Positions 16,784 through 27,406 of a DNA stretch of 64,000 nt are shown in pieces. This DNA is from a virus: positions 1 to 64,000 of the IMG/VR virus record IMGVR_UViG_3300029448_000014. One strand, given 5' to 3'. The position numbers and the translations under genes are program-made. The stretch's first letter is position 1, and every line of letters begins with the position of its first letter. Under the pieces are notes generated by a model. It made no database searches, was not told the DNA's origin, and was given only the letters and a program-made list of their open reading frames with translations.

Positions 16784-17531
16784 TATTATCTTCCTCAGGG
16801 TAAAGTTCGTGAAACATTTTTGCTCTTTTTAAAAAGCGTGATTCATAAAGATCAAGCTGATCTCCATCAATGAAGATTGCTTGAGTAGTTTCTTCAGTAG
16901 CAACAAGGATGAGTGCTACATCACAGAGATAACCAACACGTTCGTTAAGAGCGTATCGGTATGCAGCCATTTGTTGCGCACACTTTTGAAACTTACGCCA
17001 TCCTCCATATCCAATTCGATCTCCCCTGTCAGGTGAGAAAGCAGAGTAAGGAGCGTTACTTGTTTTGAAGTCAGCGATGATTTTGACACCACCGATTTCT
17101 CCAATTAAATCTGGACAACCAGCATATAAATGTTCTGTACTCCAAACATATGCAACCTCTTTATCATCACTACGTAAATGATTCCAGTCAGGACGAAGCG
17201 GACGTTCCGACCAATGAATTGTATCAAACCAATCGAGATAAGTTGAGAGTCCGTTCCAAAAACTTTGATATTCTTCAGGAACTCCAGGATCAAGGCCACG
17301 AAGATAGTTTTCGCAACCAAGATGAATGGCAGTTCCACGAATACCAGCAGCTTCTAAGGCTCCTGGGTTTTTATCTTGCCACTGACGTAAGCCTGCCTTT
17401 GATTTTTCACTCTCAGTACCGGAAAGGACCGTCGTAACTGACGGCATATATAGGCCGGAGCATAAGTATTTACGGTGTCCTGCGCTTGTTTGTATACGAT
17501 AAGGCTTATCATGTGTTGTGGAAGATGTCAT
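16758..17531 (-). CDS. PD-(D/E)XK exonuclease
   Basis: PSVTTVL, RGTAIH, YAGCPD, IADFKTS and QMAAY. Confidence 0.9.
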   Translation of the reverse strand: MTSSTTHDKPYRIQTSAGHRKYLCSGLYMPSVTTVLSGTESEKSKAGLRQWQDKNPGALEAAGIRGTAIHLGCENYLRGLDPGVPEEYQSFWNGLSTYLDWFDTIHWSERPLRPDWNHLRSDDKEVAYVWSTEHLYAGCPDLIGEIGGVKIIADFKTSNAPYSAFSPDRGDRIGYGGWRKFQKCAQQMAAYRYALNERVGYLCDVALILVATEETTQAIFIDGDQLDLYESRFLKRAKMFHELYPEEDNNEAADSST

Positions 17532-17950
17532 TAATAATCTGCGTCTTGTTCTACGCTTTGTGTGAAGGTGTCGCTGTACGTTGGGCCTTGGCGAGGCGCC
17601 GCCCCTGCCGCATTAGCTTGGGCTGACGGTTGAAACATTTGATATAGAGTTCCAACGGCTTGGCCGACTGCATCAACAACATTTGAATTAGCGTCAATTT
17701 GTTGCATAAGTTGTGCAACTTCATTGCGCATATCGGCAATTTCTCCACGCAAATCAATGATGTGATCCATCAAAGAAGGTGGTCGTGTAGCAAGTAAGTC
17801 TGGATTGGTAAGTCCGACTTGTGGTTGTGGAACAATAGGTGGAGCAGGTACAGGTGCAGCCGGAGCATTACCTGTGATTTGCTGCCCTGCCATAATTTGT
17901 GCAAGACGCTCCTGCATTTCAGGAGGTAAATTTTGAAGTGCGTTAGTCAT
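17531..17950 (-). CDS. coiled-coil hypothetical protein
   Basis: 139 aa ORF. Confidence 0.7.
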   Translation of the reverse strand: MTNALQNLPPEMQERLAQIMAGQQITGNAPAAPVPAPPIVPQPQVGLTNPDLLATRPPSLMDHIIDLRGEIADMRNEVAQLMQQIDANSNVVDAVGQAVGTLYQMFQPSAQANAAGAAPRQGPTYSDTFTQSVEQDADY

Positions 17951-17952
17951 AA

Positions 17953-18690
17953 TTAAAACTCAGTGTTATCTTGTTCTGGTACAGCATTAGTTACAGTCGG
18001 TGCGACTACAGCGCCTCGCTTATCCTGTCCGCCAGCAGGGAGACCTTTTTCGTTAGTTGCACGGCCCTCAAAAGGATCCTTTCCTTCAAAGAAATTGGGG
18101 AGCCAAATACTATCTCGTGAGGTCTTCCACTCTTCAGCAATTTTCGCCGGTACTTTACGTACTTTCGGAAGAATACTATATGTAGTTTCCAGCCCAGCTC
18201 CCTTACGGCTAATTTTAATCGAAAAATTTGCCAAGCCTTCTTCTGTCCAAGTGTAGTCTTCAATTTCTTGAAGGACTTCTGTAAGTTGATCACGGATTGA
18301 TTTCTGCTCAATAAATAAAACTTCTAATCGTGCACGTGTTGCTGAGGTTGCAACCCATGCAAGGAAGCGGCGGGGTTTGACATAACTTCCGTCGATTTTG
18401 GGGCGATCTGGTTTGGACCAGTCGGTTTCACGGGCAATATCAGTAGGAGAACCAGGGTGGCTCCTAGTAACGACGTAACCATTAAAGCGGAGGTCACCGG
18501 TCTTAGGATCTTGGATTTCTGATGCATACTGCCAGCCTGTAATAGCGTGACCTGTTTCATAACATCCAAGAAGTCTAAATTCCTCTGATTCTCCATCTTT
18601 TAGTGAACTAGGTTTCCAGTATGGTTGTGGTTCTTGTGTTGTAATTTTGTTGTCCGCCAGTAATTCTGGTGGAAGGACTTGTAGGTTCAT
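17953..18690 (-). CDS. putative ssDNA-binding/recombination protein
   Basis: YWKPS.LKDGE...FRLLG, I.R.G.GLET.Y..LP, acidic C-terminus ending in F; adjacent to the exonuclease. Confidence 0.6.
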   Translation of the reverse strand: MNLQVLPPELLADNKITTQEPQPYWKPSSLKDGESEEFRLLGCYETGHAITGWQYASEIQDPKTGDLRFNGYVVTRSHPGSPTDIARETDWSKPDRPKIDGSYVKPRRFLAWVATSATRARLEVLFIEQKSIRDQLTEVLQEIEDYTWTEEGLANFSIKISRKGAGLETTYSILPKVRKVPAKIAEEWKTSRDSIWLPNFFEGKDPFEGRATNEKGLPAGGQDKRGAVVAPTVTNAVPEQDNTEF

Positions 18691-18753
18691 ATGAAGTGAC
18701 TATCAACTATTCAAATATACTTAGTACAATAAGTAAATGTGAGTTAATTAGTC

Positions 18754-18978
18754 ATGCGATTTGCTAAAGAATACGTAGATCCAGAGTTGCTTGAAGCTCT
18801 TCTACCAGATCTAGGTAGACCAGGCACGAATTACGACCAATATGAAATCTTAACTCCACCAGCGGAAGGTGGCTATTCAACATTCAAATTAACTCCAGAG
18901 TTGGAAGATTTTTTTGCTAGTCAACGTGGTTTTAGACACCATGGGTGGATGGGCGGACCAACACCAGACCAATACTAA
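18754..18978 (+). CDS. hypothetical protein (lone plus-strand gene)
   Basis: TACAAT box about 28 nt upstream. Confidence 0.55.
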   Translation: MRFAKEYVDPELLEALLPDLGRPGTNYDQYEILTPPAEGGYSTFKLTPELEDFFASQRGFRHHGWMGGPTPDQY

Positions 18979-19069
18979 TTTTTCAAATCACCTTTCTTTG
19001 AAGCGTTTCCAGAGCGTTAATCGCTTCAGCTACACTCATTAAAAAAGCCGGTGCTAACCGGCAGTATTA

Positions 19070-19729
19070 TTAGTAATCTGGCGTCGGATCAAGTTCTGTA
19101 TATCCTACTGCTGAACCACTTGATTGTGGATTATTAGACTGACGTTGCTGATCAGCTCTGGTACTAAAGTCAGTTGCAACAATAGCTCGATATGGACTAT
19201 CTGAATCATCTTTACGATATTCGCGAAGATAACCTTGGACGCAAATAGCACGACCTTTTCGGCACCTTTCAGTTAGCTTTTTCTTACGTGATTCGTGAGT
19301 CTCTAAGTAAAGCCAGGTAGTGACACTAGAGTTATCTAGTGAAGTACCGATTTTGACAGCAATTTGACTATTCTTGCGTTCTTTAATTTCATCGCTACCA
19401 AAGAATGCATTTCCAAGAACGACTTGATTGCAATACATATCTTGTGGGATATTGGTTTCTATCGTAGTGATAATCAGATCCAATGGCTTAGATGTATCGT
19501 CACTAAAGTGAATGTTGCCAGTCACTAAAGCTCTGGTGCCTGCTTTCCAGTTTTGGAAAGTTGTAAGTTTGGCACCGGCTTTGTCGTAACAGAGTAGACG
19601 TAGTTTGACCTCTGAGCCACTGTTACCAGCGGGCACAATAGCGTCAGCACCCCGATAGTCCAACCCATAAGCGTTGATTGGATCGTTAATGGGAGATTTG
19701 AATTCAACGGTTGCTGCTATAAAGTTCAT
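19070..19729 (-). CDS. SSB-like protein with tandem OB folds
   Basis: RKGRAICVQGYLREY, G.RALVTG and an acidic tail. Confidence 0.65.
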   Translation of the reverse strand: MNFIAATVEFKSPINDPINAYGLDYRGADAIVPAGNSGSEVKLRLLCYDKAGAKLTTFQNWKAGTRALVTGNIHFSDDTSKPLDLIITTIETNIPQDMYCNQVVLGNAFFGSDEIKERKNSQIAVKIGTSLDNSSVTTWLYLETHESRKKKLTERCRKGRAICVQGYLREYRKDDSDSPYRAIVATDFSTRADQQRQSNNPQSSGSAVGYTELDPTPDY

Positions 19730-19768
19730 TTAGACAGATATAGATATTATCAGTCTCAATCATATACA

Positions 19769-20401
19769 TTAACCCCACATTGCGCGAGATATATTTGGAA
19801 GTTCAGTGTCAAGAATTTCACCAACTGACCTTGCAATCTTCATATGCTCTTTTTGGGTACCATTTTCTCCGCGTAAAGCTACGTAATGAAGCCAACTTCG
19901 GATTGTTCCTGACATATAAAGCCTGGTCACAGTATTTAGTGGCAGAACAGCACGTGCACATTCTTTAGCTACATCTGAATGCAACAGAGATTCATACAAA
20001 TTGACTGACTCTCGAAAGTGATCGTCGATTCTATTCTTATAATATTCTAAAGTTTCTTTAGGTAGGTCATCAATAGAGTTCTGCCTATTGCTTGTGTCTT
20101 GTCTGCGTAATTCAGGAAGAACAGTTGCAAAAGTGTCTGTAGGAATCGCGTACCGTTGAGAAAACTCTTGAAAAGAAAAACTACGATGACGCAAAATCTG
20201 TGAAGAAATAGCGCGAGTCGTATGAATTTCAATGCACATTGATGCCATTTCGAATGGGCTCCAATGCTTATGTTTGATTAGATACTTAAGTAGTTTCTTT
20301 GAATCAGGATTGTTTTCATTAGAAGGATTGGAAACTCTAGCAATTTTTCCAATAAGTTGTTCAGCATCTGGAGTTACCCAGATGAGTTTAGCGCTGTGCA
20401 T
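19769..20401 (-). CDS. thyX: flavin-dependent thymidylate synthase
   Basis: HWSPFE, QILRHRSFSFQEFSQRY and ECARAVLP. Confidence 0.97.
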   Translation of the reverse strand: MHSAKLIWVTPDAEQLIGKIARVSNPSNENNPDSKKLLKYLIKHKHWSPFEMASMCIEIHTTRAISSQILRHRSFSFQEFSQRYAIPTDTFATVLPELRRQDTSNRQNSIDDLPKETLEYYKNRIDDHFRESVNLYESLLHSDVAKECARAVLPLNTVTRLYMSGTIRSWLHYVALRGENGTQKEHMKIARSVGEILDTELPNISRAMWG

Positions 20402-20425
20402 AACTTGTCAAAAATTTTTTAAGAT

Positions 20426-20644
20426 TTAGGAGTCTTCATGTGTTGGGATTGTAGATTCCAATTTATCCTCTACTCTATCCAATTCAAGTATTTGGTTGAC
20501 GTGATATTTTCGCCAATCATCGATAGCGAGTTTAAACCCTAATACAAGATTATTGCCAAAATCAGGCGAATCGTGCTGAATGTCTGCAATAAAATCAGCA
20601 AACATCTCTGCGTAGTATTTAGTTGTTCCATATTCACTTGTCAT
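20426..20644 (-). CDS. hypothetical protein
   Basis: 72 aa ORF. Confidence 0.65.
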   Translation of the reverse strand: MTSEYGTTKYYAEMFADFIADIQHDSPDFGNNLVLGFKLAIDDWRKYHVNQILELDRVEDKLESTIPTHEDS

Positions 20645-20934
20645 TCTTCTTTCCCTCCAGTTTGAATTCTTCCATACATATTTGGTCTGATGTTGCCGTA
20701 GCCAGATTTGACAGTCTTTACTTTACCTTTGAGAGGCTGTACTTTATCGTAGTAAGCATCAAAGATATCAACCTTATTGTAGGCACGTACAGCGTCATAT
20801 AAGATTTTACCTTCAATTTGATACATAACAATGTGTGTATCTGAAGGCAAACCTTTGTGGTCAAAAGTCTCTGGGTCTATTTCTTGATCAAGTATTTGTA
20901 TTCTGTTCAGTTCTTGTTTAGTAAATTCAAGCAT
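20641..20934 (-). CDS. conserved cyanophage hypothetical protein
   Basis: LPSD...Y......DAVR...VDIFDAYYD...GYG..RP. Confidence 0.75.
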   Translation of the reverse strand: MLEFTKQELNRIQILDQEIDPETFDHKGLPSDTHIVMYQIEGKILYDAVRAYNKVDIFDAYYDKVQPLKGKVKTVKSGYGNIRPNMYGRIQTGGKEE

Positions 20935-21669
20935 TTATGCGTATTGAGGTAAGTTTTGGTTGGCAGTTTCAAAAAAAGCTGGCATTCTGCTAGCTCTTGT
21001 TTCCGCTAGACCTTCGGCTTTTCCACGGGTGTACAAGCTATCTGAACATCCCAGCCAGAAGTTCGACGAGAGATGCTTGTTATCTGCTTCCCCTTTAAGG
21101 GATTGAAGCACCCAAGCAACCGTAGCTCTTCTAAGGTTATTGAGCTCTTTGTCAGACGTAAGACCGAGCTCTTGGCAGACGAGGGTGTTGGCTGCGACGT
21201 GGGTAGTTTCGTCTCTGCTGATATCGGCGCTTGTAGTACGTAATCCTGTATCTCCGAGGAATCGGAAGATGGGGAGGAGAACGAAGAAAACACTACGCTC
21301 CAACACAACTGCCTTGAGGACTGGATGTCGGTCGAGTTCGAGCCACGCTTTAGTAATGCGCGAAGCTTCCTTCTCAATCCGATCGGGGATTCGATGCGCT
21401 TTAGCAGCGAAATTGAGGGCAATATCATGGTTATCTTCATCTTTAACGTTAGAAAGCAGCAGTTCTTTACATCCTTCAATATTAGGTAAGTCGCCTTTCA
21501 TTGCCTCTGCAATAAAGTTACCAACAGGAATCTCTAAACTTCGCAATGCAAGTGCTCGTTGTACTGCTTCTTCACCACCAATTAGTAGTTTACCAGCAGA
21601 TACTTGAACAGGTGTCCAAGTTCTTTTACGCTGATGAAGGTGAATATAAGGTGTTGCTGCTTTTGTCAT
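20935..21669 (-). CDS. nrdB: ribonucleotide reductase small (beta) subunit, ferritin-like, cyanophage type
   Basis: DEDNHD and ISRDETTH metal-ligand motifs; adjacent to the alpha subunit. Confidence 0.75.
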   Translation of the reverse strand: MTKAATPYIHLHQRKRTWTPVQVSAGKLLIGGEEAVQRALALRSLEIPVGNFIAEAMKGDLPNIEGCKELLLSNVKDEDNHDIALNFAAKAHRIPDRIEKEASRITKAWLELDRHPVLKAVVLERSVFFVLLPIFRFLGDTGLRTTSADISRDETTHVAANTLVCQELGLTSDKELNNLRRATVAWVLQSLKGEADNKHLSSNFWLGCSDSLYTRGKAEGLAETRASRMPAFFETANQNLPQYA

Positions 21670-21687
21670 TGGTATATACGGTGTAGT

Positions 21688-23115
21688 TTATTCAGCACAA
21701 CCGACACAAAGTGTTGGGTCAGTGAATTGATCTAGGTTAGGTACAGCATCAGTCTCATCATCAATATCATTGAAGTCAAATAAATCACCAAACTGATTAT
21801 CGAGTGCAACCATGGCATCGTCTTTAGCTTGTGTATTTTGATTTACTTGTAATGAGTAATACATACTTGTTTGCGGTGAAGTTAACCACTCATCAATAAA
21901 TTGATCAGTATAGGAAACTACATCGCTCCAAGTGTTGTAGCTGTAACCGTGACATAGATTAGTACGCATCAGCATTTCCATAATGCCGTTAACAACTTGT
22001 GTGTAAACAGGCCAACCAACTTGATCAGCTGTTTCAACGTTGCCGTAGTCATAATGTTCTACGCCAAATGTAGAGCTGTCCCTATCAACTTTGCGCCCAA
22101 TCGGTGGTGCGATTTCGGGTGCAGTTGTATAGCCTGCTCGGTCTTTGTAGCGATATGAGCAAGAGGCCGTTGGTGCAATTGCAAATGCTCGATCCATGTT
22201 GGCGGATTTAGCAATGTCAGCTGCAGCATTGATACCTGCTTGAAGTGCTTTTACAATCTTAATAGCTTCAGGAGTCACTAAATAATCACCATCAGCATAG
22301 AGGTGATAGTTAAGCGCATCAGCAAATTGAGCATATGTAACCCCTTCCAATGAAAGGAGATTAGCAAGACCAAGCATTCCTAAACCTACTTGTCTATCAT
22401 CTTCTTGAGAAAGATACTCGCCAGTTTTCTCAACACCGGTTTTTGCATGAAGCTCGATGAGCTGTGTCATTCCCGTAGAGAATGCACCAACAATATCTTC
22501 TGGACGACAACCGCCTAGTGATATGTGTTGTAACAAGCAAGTGCCCCTTGATTTGAGAAAAACTTCAAGGCAAACGTTGGCATAAATACGTTCGCCTTTA
22601 TTATCTTTTCGAATCTTCGCTAACCAAATATCGCCACGTGAGATGCCCTTAAGAATTGCATTACGTACTTCTTCATTTGCATTGTTCCACATCTTTTCAT
22701 TAAGATTAATGCAACGTTTAGCCCATGGAATTTCGTGACGTGGTGTCTCAATGAACTCAAGGATATCTTTGTGTTCAAGGTCTAGATGCAGGACAACCGC
22801 ACCATTTTTGTAGACACCGCCTCTGCGGAGCTGCTCATTAAGACAGCTATATATTTTGCCAAAAGAGACTGGACCAGAAGCTACCAGACCTTTACCGTTG
22901 TCTTCACCTGCAGCACGAAGCTTACTTAAATGAACAGCTACTCCTGCCCCAAATCTCAATCCGTGGCTGACATAGCGCCAGCTAGCCTCAATGCCATTAC
23001 GGCCTTCCATACTATCTTCAACTACAAAAACGGTACATGAAACGGGCAAGCGGCTAGTAGGGTCATCAATCCAATTTTGAACGCGACCAGTGCGGGCTAT
23101 TAAATTATTTTCCAT
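21688..23115 (-). CDS. nrdA: ribonucleotide reductase large subunit, compact cyanophage type
   Basis: PVSCTV, ANVCLEV, GLGMLGLA, AIAPTASCS and C-terminal CVGCAE. Confidence 0.92.
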   Translation of the reverse strand: MENNLIARTGRVQNWIDDPTSRLPVSCTVFVVEDSMEGRNGIEASWRYVSHGLRFGAGVAVHLSKLRAAGEDNGKGLVASGPVSFGKIYSCLNEQLRRGGVYKNGAVVLHLDLEHKDILEFIETPRHEIPWAKRCINLNEKMWNNANEEVRNAILKGISRGDIWLAKIRKDNKGERIYANVCLEVFLKSRGTCLLQHISLGGCRPEDIVGAFSTGMTQLIELHAKTGVEKTGEYLSQEDDRQVGLGMLGLANLLSLEGVTYAQFADALNYHLYADGDYLVTPEAIKIVKALQAGINAAADIAKSANMDRAFAIAPTASCSYRYKDRAGYTTAPEIAPPIGRKVDRDSSTFGVEHYDYGNVETADQVGWPVYTQVVNGIMEMLMRTNLCHGYSYNTWSDVVSYTDQFIDEWLTSPQTSMYYSLQVNQNTQAKDDAMVALDNQFGDLFDFNDIDDETDAVPNLDQFTDPTLCVGCAE

Positions 23116-23545
23116 AGGTATCGTAGTCAGTTGATGTTGTTTGTGGAACGCAGTCTTGGAGATTCGGAGGCATATAATTAGGACCTTTCAATACCTTACC
23201 GTCAGCCCTATAGATGGGTTTTCCTTGTTCATCTAGTTTACTCATATTAGAATCGTAAACGCGCTGCATTGCTTCATCTAGGTCAAGATTAAACGCAGCA
23301 GCAAACTGATAGCAAACAAAAACAACGTCAGATAGTTCTTTGAGAAGATTTATTCGTTTTGCATTGTTTTCGGGGTCTGCATATACTTCATCAGATGCAT
23401 CTAAAAATTCCTTTGACTCTTCACAGATAAGGCCAACTTGCATGTCCCATAATTGCTTTTTGACGAAACCATAACGGGACAGATTGTCAAGTGATTCTTG
23501 ATTAAATGTTTCGCGGAATATTTGTGCTTGTTCTTGTAATGTCAT
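23105..23545 (-). CDS. MazG-like NTP pyrophosphohydrolase
   Basis: EE..E, KELSD, V..SNMSKL and DGKVLKGPNY. Confidence 0.9.
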   Translation of the reverse strand: MTLQEQAQIFRETFNQESLDNLSRYGFVKKQLWDMQVGLICEESKEFLDASDEVYADPENNAKRINLLKELSDVVFVCYQFAAAFNLDLDEAMQRVYDSNMSKLDEQGKPIYRADGKVLKGPNYMPPNLQDCVPQTTSTDYDTYGK

Positions 23546-23546
23546 T

Positions 23547-23774
23547 TTATTTTTCTCTTAAGATAATGCGTCCTCTTGTTAAGTCAAAAGGGCTAAGTTC
23601 GACAGTGACACGGTCACCAACTAATAGTTGAATCTTCCGTGTAATAAGTTTACCTGAAGCACGACACAAGCATTTGTGTCCTTCAGGCTCCTCTAATTCA
23701 ACGTTAAAAAAACCGTTGCCACTCTCTTTAAAAATCAGCCCCTTCGCTGATATTACGTTTGTTTTTTTGGACAT
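23547..23774 (-). CDS. infA: translation initiation factor IF-1
   Basis: F.VEL...H..L...SGK.....I.LLVGDRVTVELSPFDLTRGRI. Confidence 0.9.
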   Translation of the reverse strand: MSKKTNVISAKGLIFKESGNGFFNVELEEPEGHKCLCRASGKLITRKIQLLVGDRVTVELSPFDLTRGRIILREK

Positions 23775-24058
23775 AAGGCAAGTAATAAAAAATATATGTG
23801 ATTAATCCAGTTGCTTCGTTTTCAGTTATGAATTTCCAGTCAATAGGACATTCAGAAAGCCATTTGTTAAATTGTTTGCGTTCTGTTTCGTTCATTCAGC
23901 TCATAAATTATCATCTATTTTGAGGCCATAGTATGTATAAGAATGTACTACTGCATTTTCATAATCAGCAGTAGCACATATCTCTTCTAACAGATGTTCG
24001 ATCAGACTGGGTTTACAGTCAATGATCATTTCAACTTTAAACTTCTTACGCTGTTGCA

Positions 24059-24310
24059 TTATTTTTGTGAGACGATGGGGCGCATTGAATCCATAAAAGA
24101 AACCGCATCTTCAGTGCCATATTTTTTTAGAACGTATAAAAGACATTTAGCTAACTGATTGTCAGCTATTTTTTGAACCAATTCTTGTTCTTGTTCTTCA
24201 AGCCATCCGTCTTTAGATAATGGATAGAGATAATCGTCACCATTACCAATAGGCGATGGATCAAAGTCATCCAAGTATTCTTGGTAGGCTTTGCGTTGTT
24301 CAGGTGTCAT
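24059..24310 (-). CDS. hypothetical protein
   Basis: Small ORF in a coupled array. Confidence 0.6.
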   Translation of the reverse strand: MTPEQRKAYQEYLDDFDPSPIGNGDDYLYPLSKDGWLEEQEQELVQKIADNQLAKCLLYVLKKYGTEDAVSFMDSMRPIVSQK

Positions 24311-24495
24311 TCAGGAGAGATTGGTAGAGATACATGTAAATATTCAGCTTCTTCTATTAATTCAGACGGGGAGTATTCGCCCCATCCGTCATATAGAAGT
24401 TGTTGAGCAATTTCAAAGATTTCTTCTTTAGAAGCATCTTTTAAAATAGCATCAGTAAGTGCAAACTTGAGTTCTTGAATTTGTTCGTCTGTCAT
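24307..24495 (-). CDS. hypothetical protein
   Basis: ATGA overlaps on both sides. Confidence 0.6.
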   Translation of the reverse strand: MTDEQIQELKFALTDAILKDASKEEIFEIAQQLLYDGWGEYSPSELIEEAEYLHVSLPISPE

Positions 24496-24842
24496 TCAGG
24501 AGGATTTGCGTAGGTATAAGCTTCAATGGTGCTATCAAGTGCATCGATGATTGCATTGGCACCAATGAATGTTTCAACAGGTTCTTCTGTATAGTCACAG
24601 TCTTCATCACCCTCGGCGTCAACTTCACAGTGGAGACCTTCGTAGGTAACAACCAAGGTAGGTGTTAGCTCGACTCCAAGCTCCTCTGCAAGGGCTGTGT
24701 AGTTACCGTTAGGTGCACGTAGAGGTACGTAATGCAACGCACTCTGTTGAGCTTCTGTAAGGCAACTTACGTGAGCTTTAAGTCGTTCGCAAGGCGGACA
24801 ACCTGGTTGAGTGAAGACATATAGTTCGTACTGTTTCATCAT
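24492..24842 (-). CDS. thioredoxin/glutaredoxin-like protein
   Basis: FTQPGCPPC and a cis-Pro loop TPTLV. Confidence 0.85.
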   Translation of the reverse strand: MMKQYELYVFTQPGCPPCERLKAHVSCLTEAQQSALHYVPLRAPNGNYTALAEELGVELTPTLVVTYEGLHCEVDAEGDEDCDYTEEPVETFIGANAIIDALDSTIEAYTYANPPE

Positions 24843-26864
24843 GCTTTGGTTCCATCTGTGTAATAGAAACCTCCTAAGCAGTTTCTACTATTTGATACAA
24901 TCACGTTCCTATTATGCTTATAAGAACGCATACCATGATGATAAACTAACATGACAGGTTCACCGACATTTACGGTGTCAAGTCTGGAACACAAGATAGT
25001 TTTTATCTCGTTTGGTTTACGTTTGTATTGCATCTCTGCTTCATAAGCAAGATGCTGAGTCTCTTCCAACGTATTTGAGTTAAACACAGCTACCATATGT
25101 GGTTTAGACACAGGGATAGCTTCCATCTCAGTGATGTAAGGGTTCATGATTTTGTAGTAATCAAAGGTTCGTTGTATTTATCAATTTGAGAAGTTACAAC
25201 TGTGTTTCCCATCCAACGGTTGTAAGCATCAGGCAGTTCGATCATGAGCTTGCGGCGCATGTCAGACTGCATATGACTTTTAAGAAACTCAAGCAAGAGT
25301 TCTTTTTGTAAGTACGTTAGAGGTTCTGTCATTAACTTTTAAAAGTGATGCTTAGGAATGCTGCGTCATCTAGTAGTTGTTTTCGTACTTCACCACTTTC
25401 AACATCAGAGCCACGAAAGTGATACTCAGCTACATTTTCAAGGTAGTAATTAATTTCGTTGTGGACATGGTCATCCAGTGATGCCATGAGAAACGTACGA
25501 AAGTTTCTTTGTTGCACTTGATTGAGTGTCATAAACTGTCAGTGATGATTGATTGTGCTGCTGCGTTAGAACTTGCTTCGTTGGGACGCACAAGCTTCAA
25601 CGGAGGCAGATACTTTTTCTCAGCAAGATAGACTTCGATTTCTTCTCGCATTCCAGGATATTTAAAAGCGTCAAGACGCCCAAGTATTTCGTTGACATAG
25701 AACGAAGGAAGCTCTGGTGAGTCCTGGGCCAATGCTGCGTGGCACAGGCATACGAGATCGAACAGCTCATAATCTGGAATTTTGATTGTTGTAGACATTT
25801 AATAGCTCGTAGTATTCTTTTGGATTTTCAGCAAAGTGATCGAGCATTACAAGCAGAGTTGCAACAGTTGTCTCACGTGTATCGATGGGAAGGTTAAGAA
25901 GTACGGCGGTTAGATTCCTCCGTACGTTTCTCAAGCGTCCGACAGTGTCAGCTGTCATCCTCTTGTTCTTTCTTTAGTAGATTTAGTTGTTCTTTGGCAT
26001 AATGACTAACGACTTCGTCTACAACATCCTGAAGATGTTCAGCATCGAACCATTCAAGAGCCAATGCACAGACAGAACGACGTGTTGCCATATTCATAAC
26101 CGGGTAGTTTTCTACTAGATAAGAATTAATATCAAAAGAAAACTCCCGATCGTAATCAGGATTAATAGGCATCAGAAATCTTTTACAACTTCGGTCACAA
26201 CAGTCTCAATAACATTTTGTGGTGAAGTTTCAGAAAGTGCAGTATTGATAAGTGTTACAGCATCACGCATAAGAGCGTCAGTTTTTGCCTTGTCTTTGTC
26301 ACTACGTGCTTCCGTAAGTGCTTGATACATATCATTGCTAGTCGCTTTAATGCCACCATTGCGGACAGCAGCAAAGCAAGGCTTCATTGCTGAAGTACCT
26401 TTCCAGGTGTCGATGGCAATGAAGCTATTCAGTGATTCGCCTTCGAACAAGCCCATAAGGCTAGTCATGAGGCACTGAGACCAAATAGTCACCAGACCAG
26501 AAGTAAGCATGACAGTGCGGTCGCTTTGCGTTGTCAAAAAGACATTGAGCTTGCTACCGCTGAAGCCTGCTTCAGCATATACGTCATCAACAATGCTTAG
26601 ACCAGTCAGCCGGACATTACCGATGCGAGATACAGGTTTACCTGATGATTCAAGTAGTGCAACTTTTTGGTCATCACCTACGTACTGGAAGTAAACAGCT
26701 TCACTATCCTTGACTAGGCCAACGCCAATCATGAGATCTACAGATTGTGTTGCTTGTCCTCCAAACTCGGCAACGATTGAAGCGGTTTCGACAGAAGGAT
26801 TAGCAGTTGAAATAACAGTCATTTTATTTTTAGATAGGTTGAACGACTGCCCCTTAAGGGGCAT
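24839..26864 (-). CDS. array of 7 coupled hypothetical genes (24839-25147, 25144-25332, 25332-25532, 25529-25798, 25767-25958, 25948-26172, 26172-26864)
   Basis: Overlapping start/stop codons on one strand; no recognised domains. Confidence 0.6.
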
Positions 26865-26897
26865 TAATGTAAACAGCCGGCGTTAGCCGGCATAGGG

Positions 26898-27068
26898 TTA
26901 TACGGTTGGCGTTAACTCACCAGCAAGCTCAGCTTGTTTGGCAACAGCTAAACACTCAATGATTTTCCAGACCATTTCACCAGATAACTGATGAAGATCA
27001 CATGCATACTCAATCGTGTCTTCGATCACCTCGGTGAGTTCGTTCAACACGTCTGAAGAAATTTTCAT
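26898..27068 (-). CDS. small cyanophage hypothetical protein (not in the ORF track)
   Basis: MKISSDVLNELTEVIEDTIEYACDLHQLSGEMVWKIIECLAVAK; flanked by two CCGG hairpins. Confidence 0.65.
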   Translation of the reverse strand: MKISSDVLNELTEVIEDTIEYACDLHQLSGEMVWKIIECLAVAKQAELAGELTPTV

Positions 27069-27181
27069 TTAGCTCAAGATATAATTTGCTTTAGCCCTTT
27101 CGGACACTTTTAACTATAGCCGGCATTTGCCGGCCATGGGCTGCTACTTTGATGAATTAAATATTAAGTATCAGCTAGTTG

Positions 27182-27376
27182 TTAAAAGATGCCAGGGATA
27201 AGATCACCTGTCAGTGCATAAGCACCAATTGCTGCAATAACACCAAGCATTGCTAGGCGCCCGTTGAGCTTTTCTGCTTTTTCGTTGTGTGTCACGGAAA
27301 TCTCCATTACTTGCATTTGAGGCTCTGTGGCGTAAATATTTGTACGTCCGCCGTCTTCAGTTACTGTTGTCATCAT
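27182..27376 (-). CDS. hli: high-light inducible protein
   Basis: AEKLNGRLAMLG...TG.LIPGIF; SD AAGGAG. Confidence 0.95.
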   Translation of the reverse strand: MMTTVTEDGGRTNIYATEPQMQVMEISVTHNEKAEKLNGRLAMLGVIAAIGAYALTGDLIPGIF

Positions 27377-27406
27377 AACTCCTTAATTATTAATTATTGT
27401 AACGGA

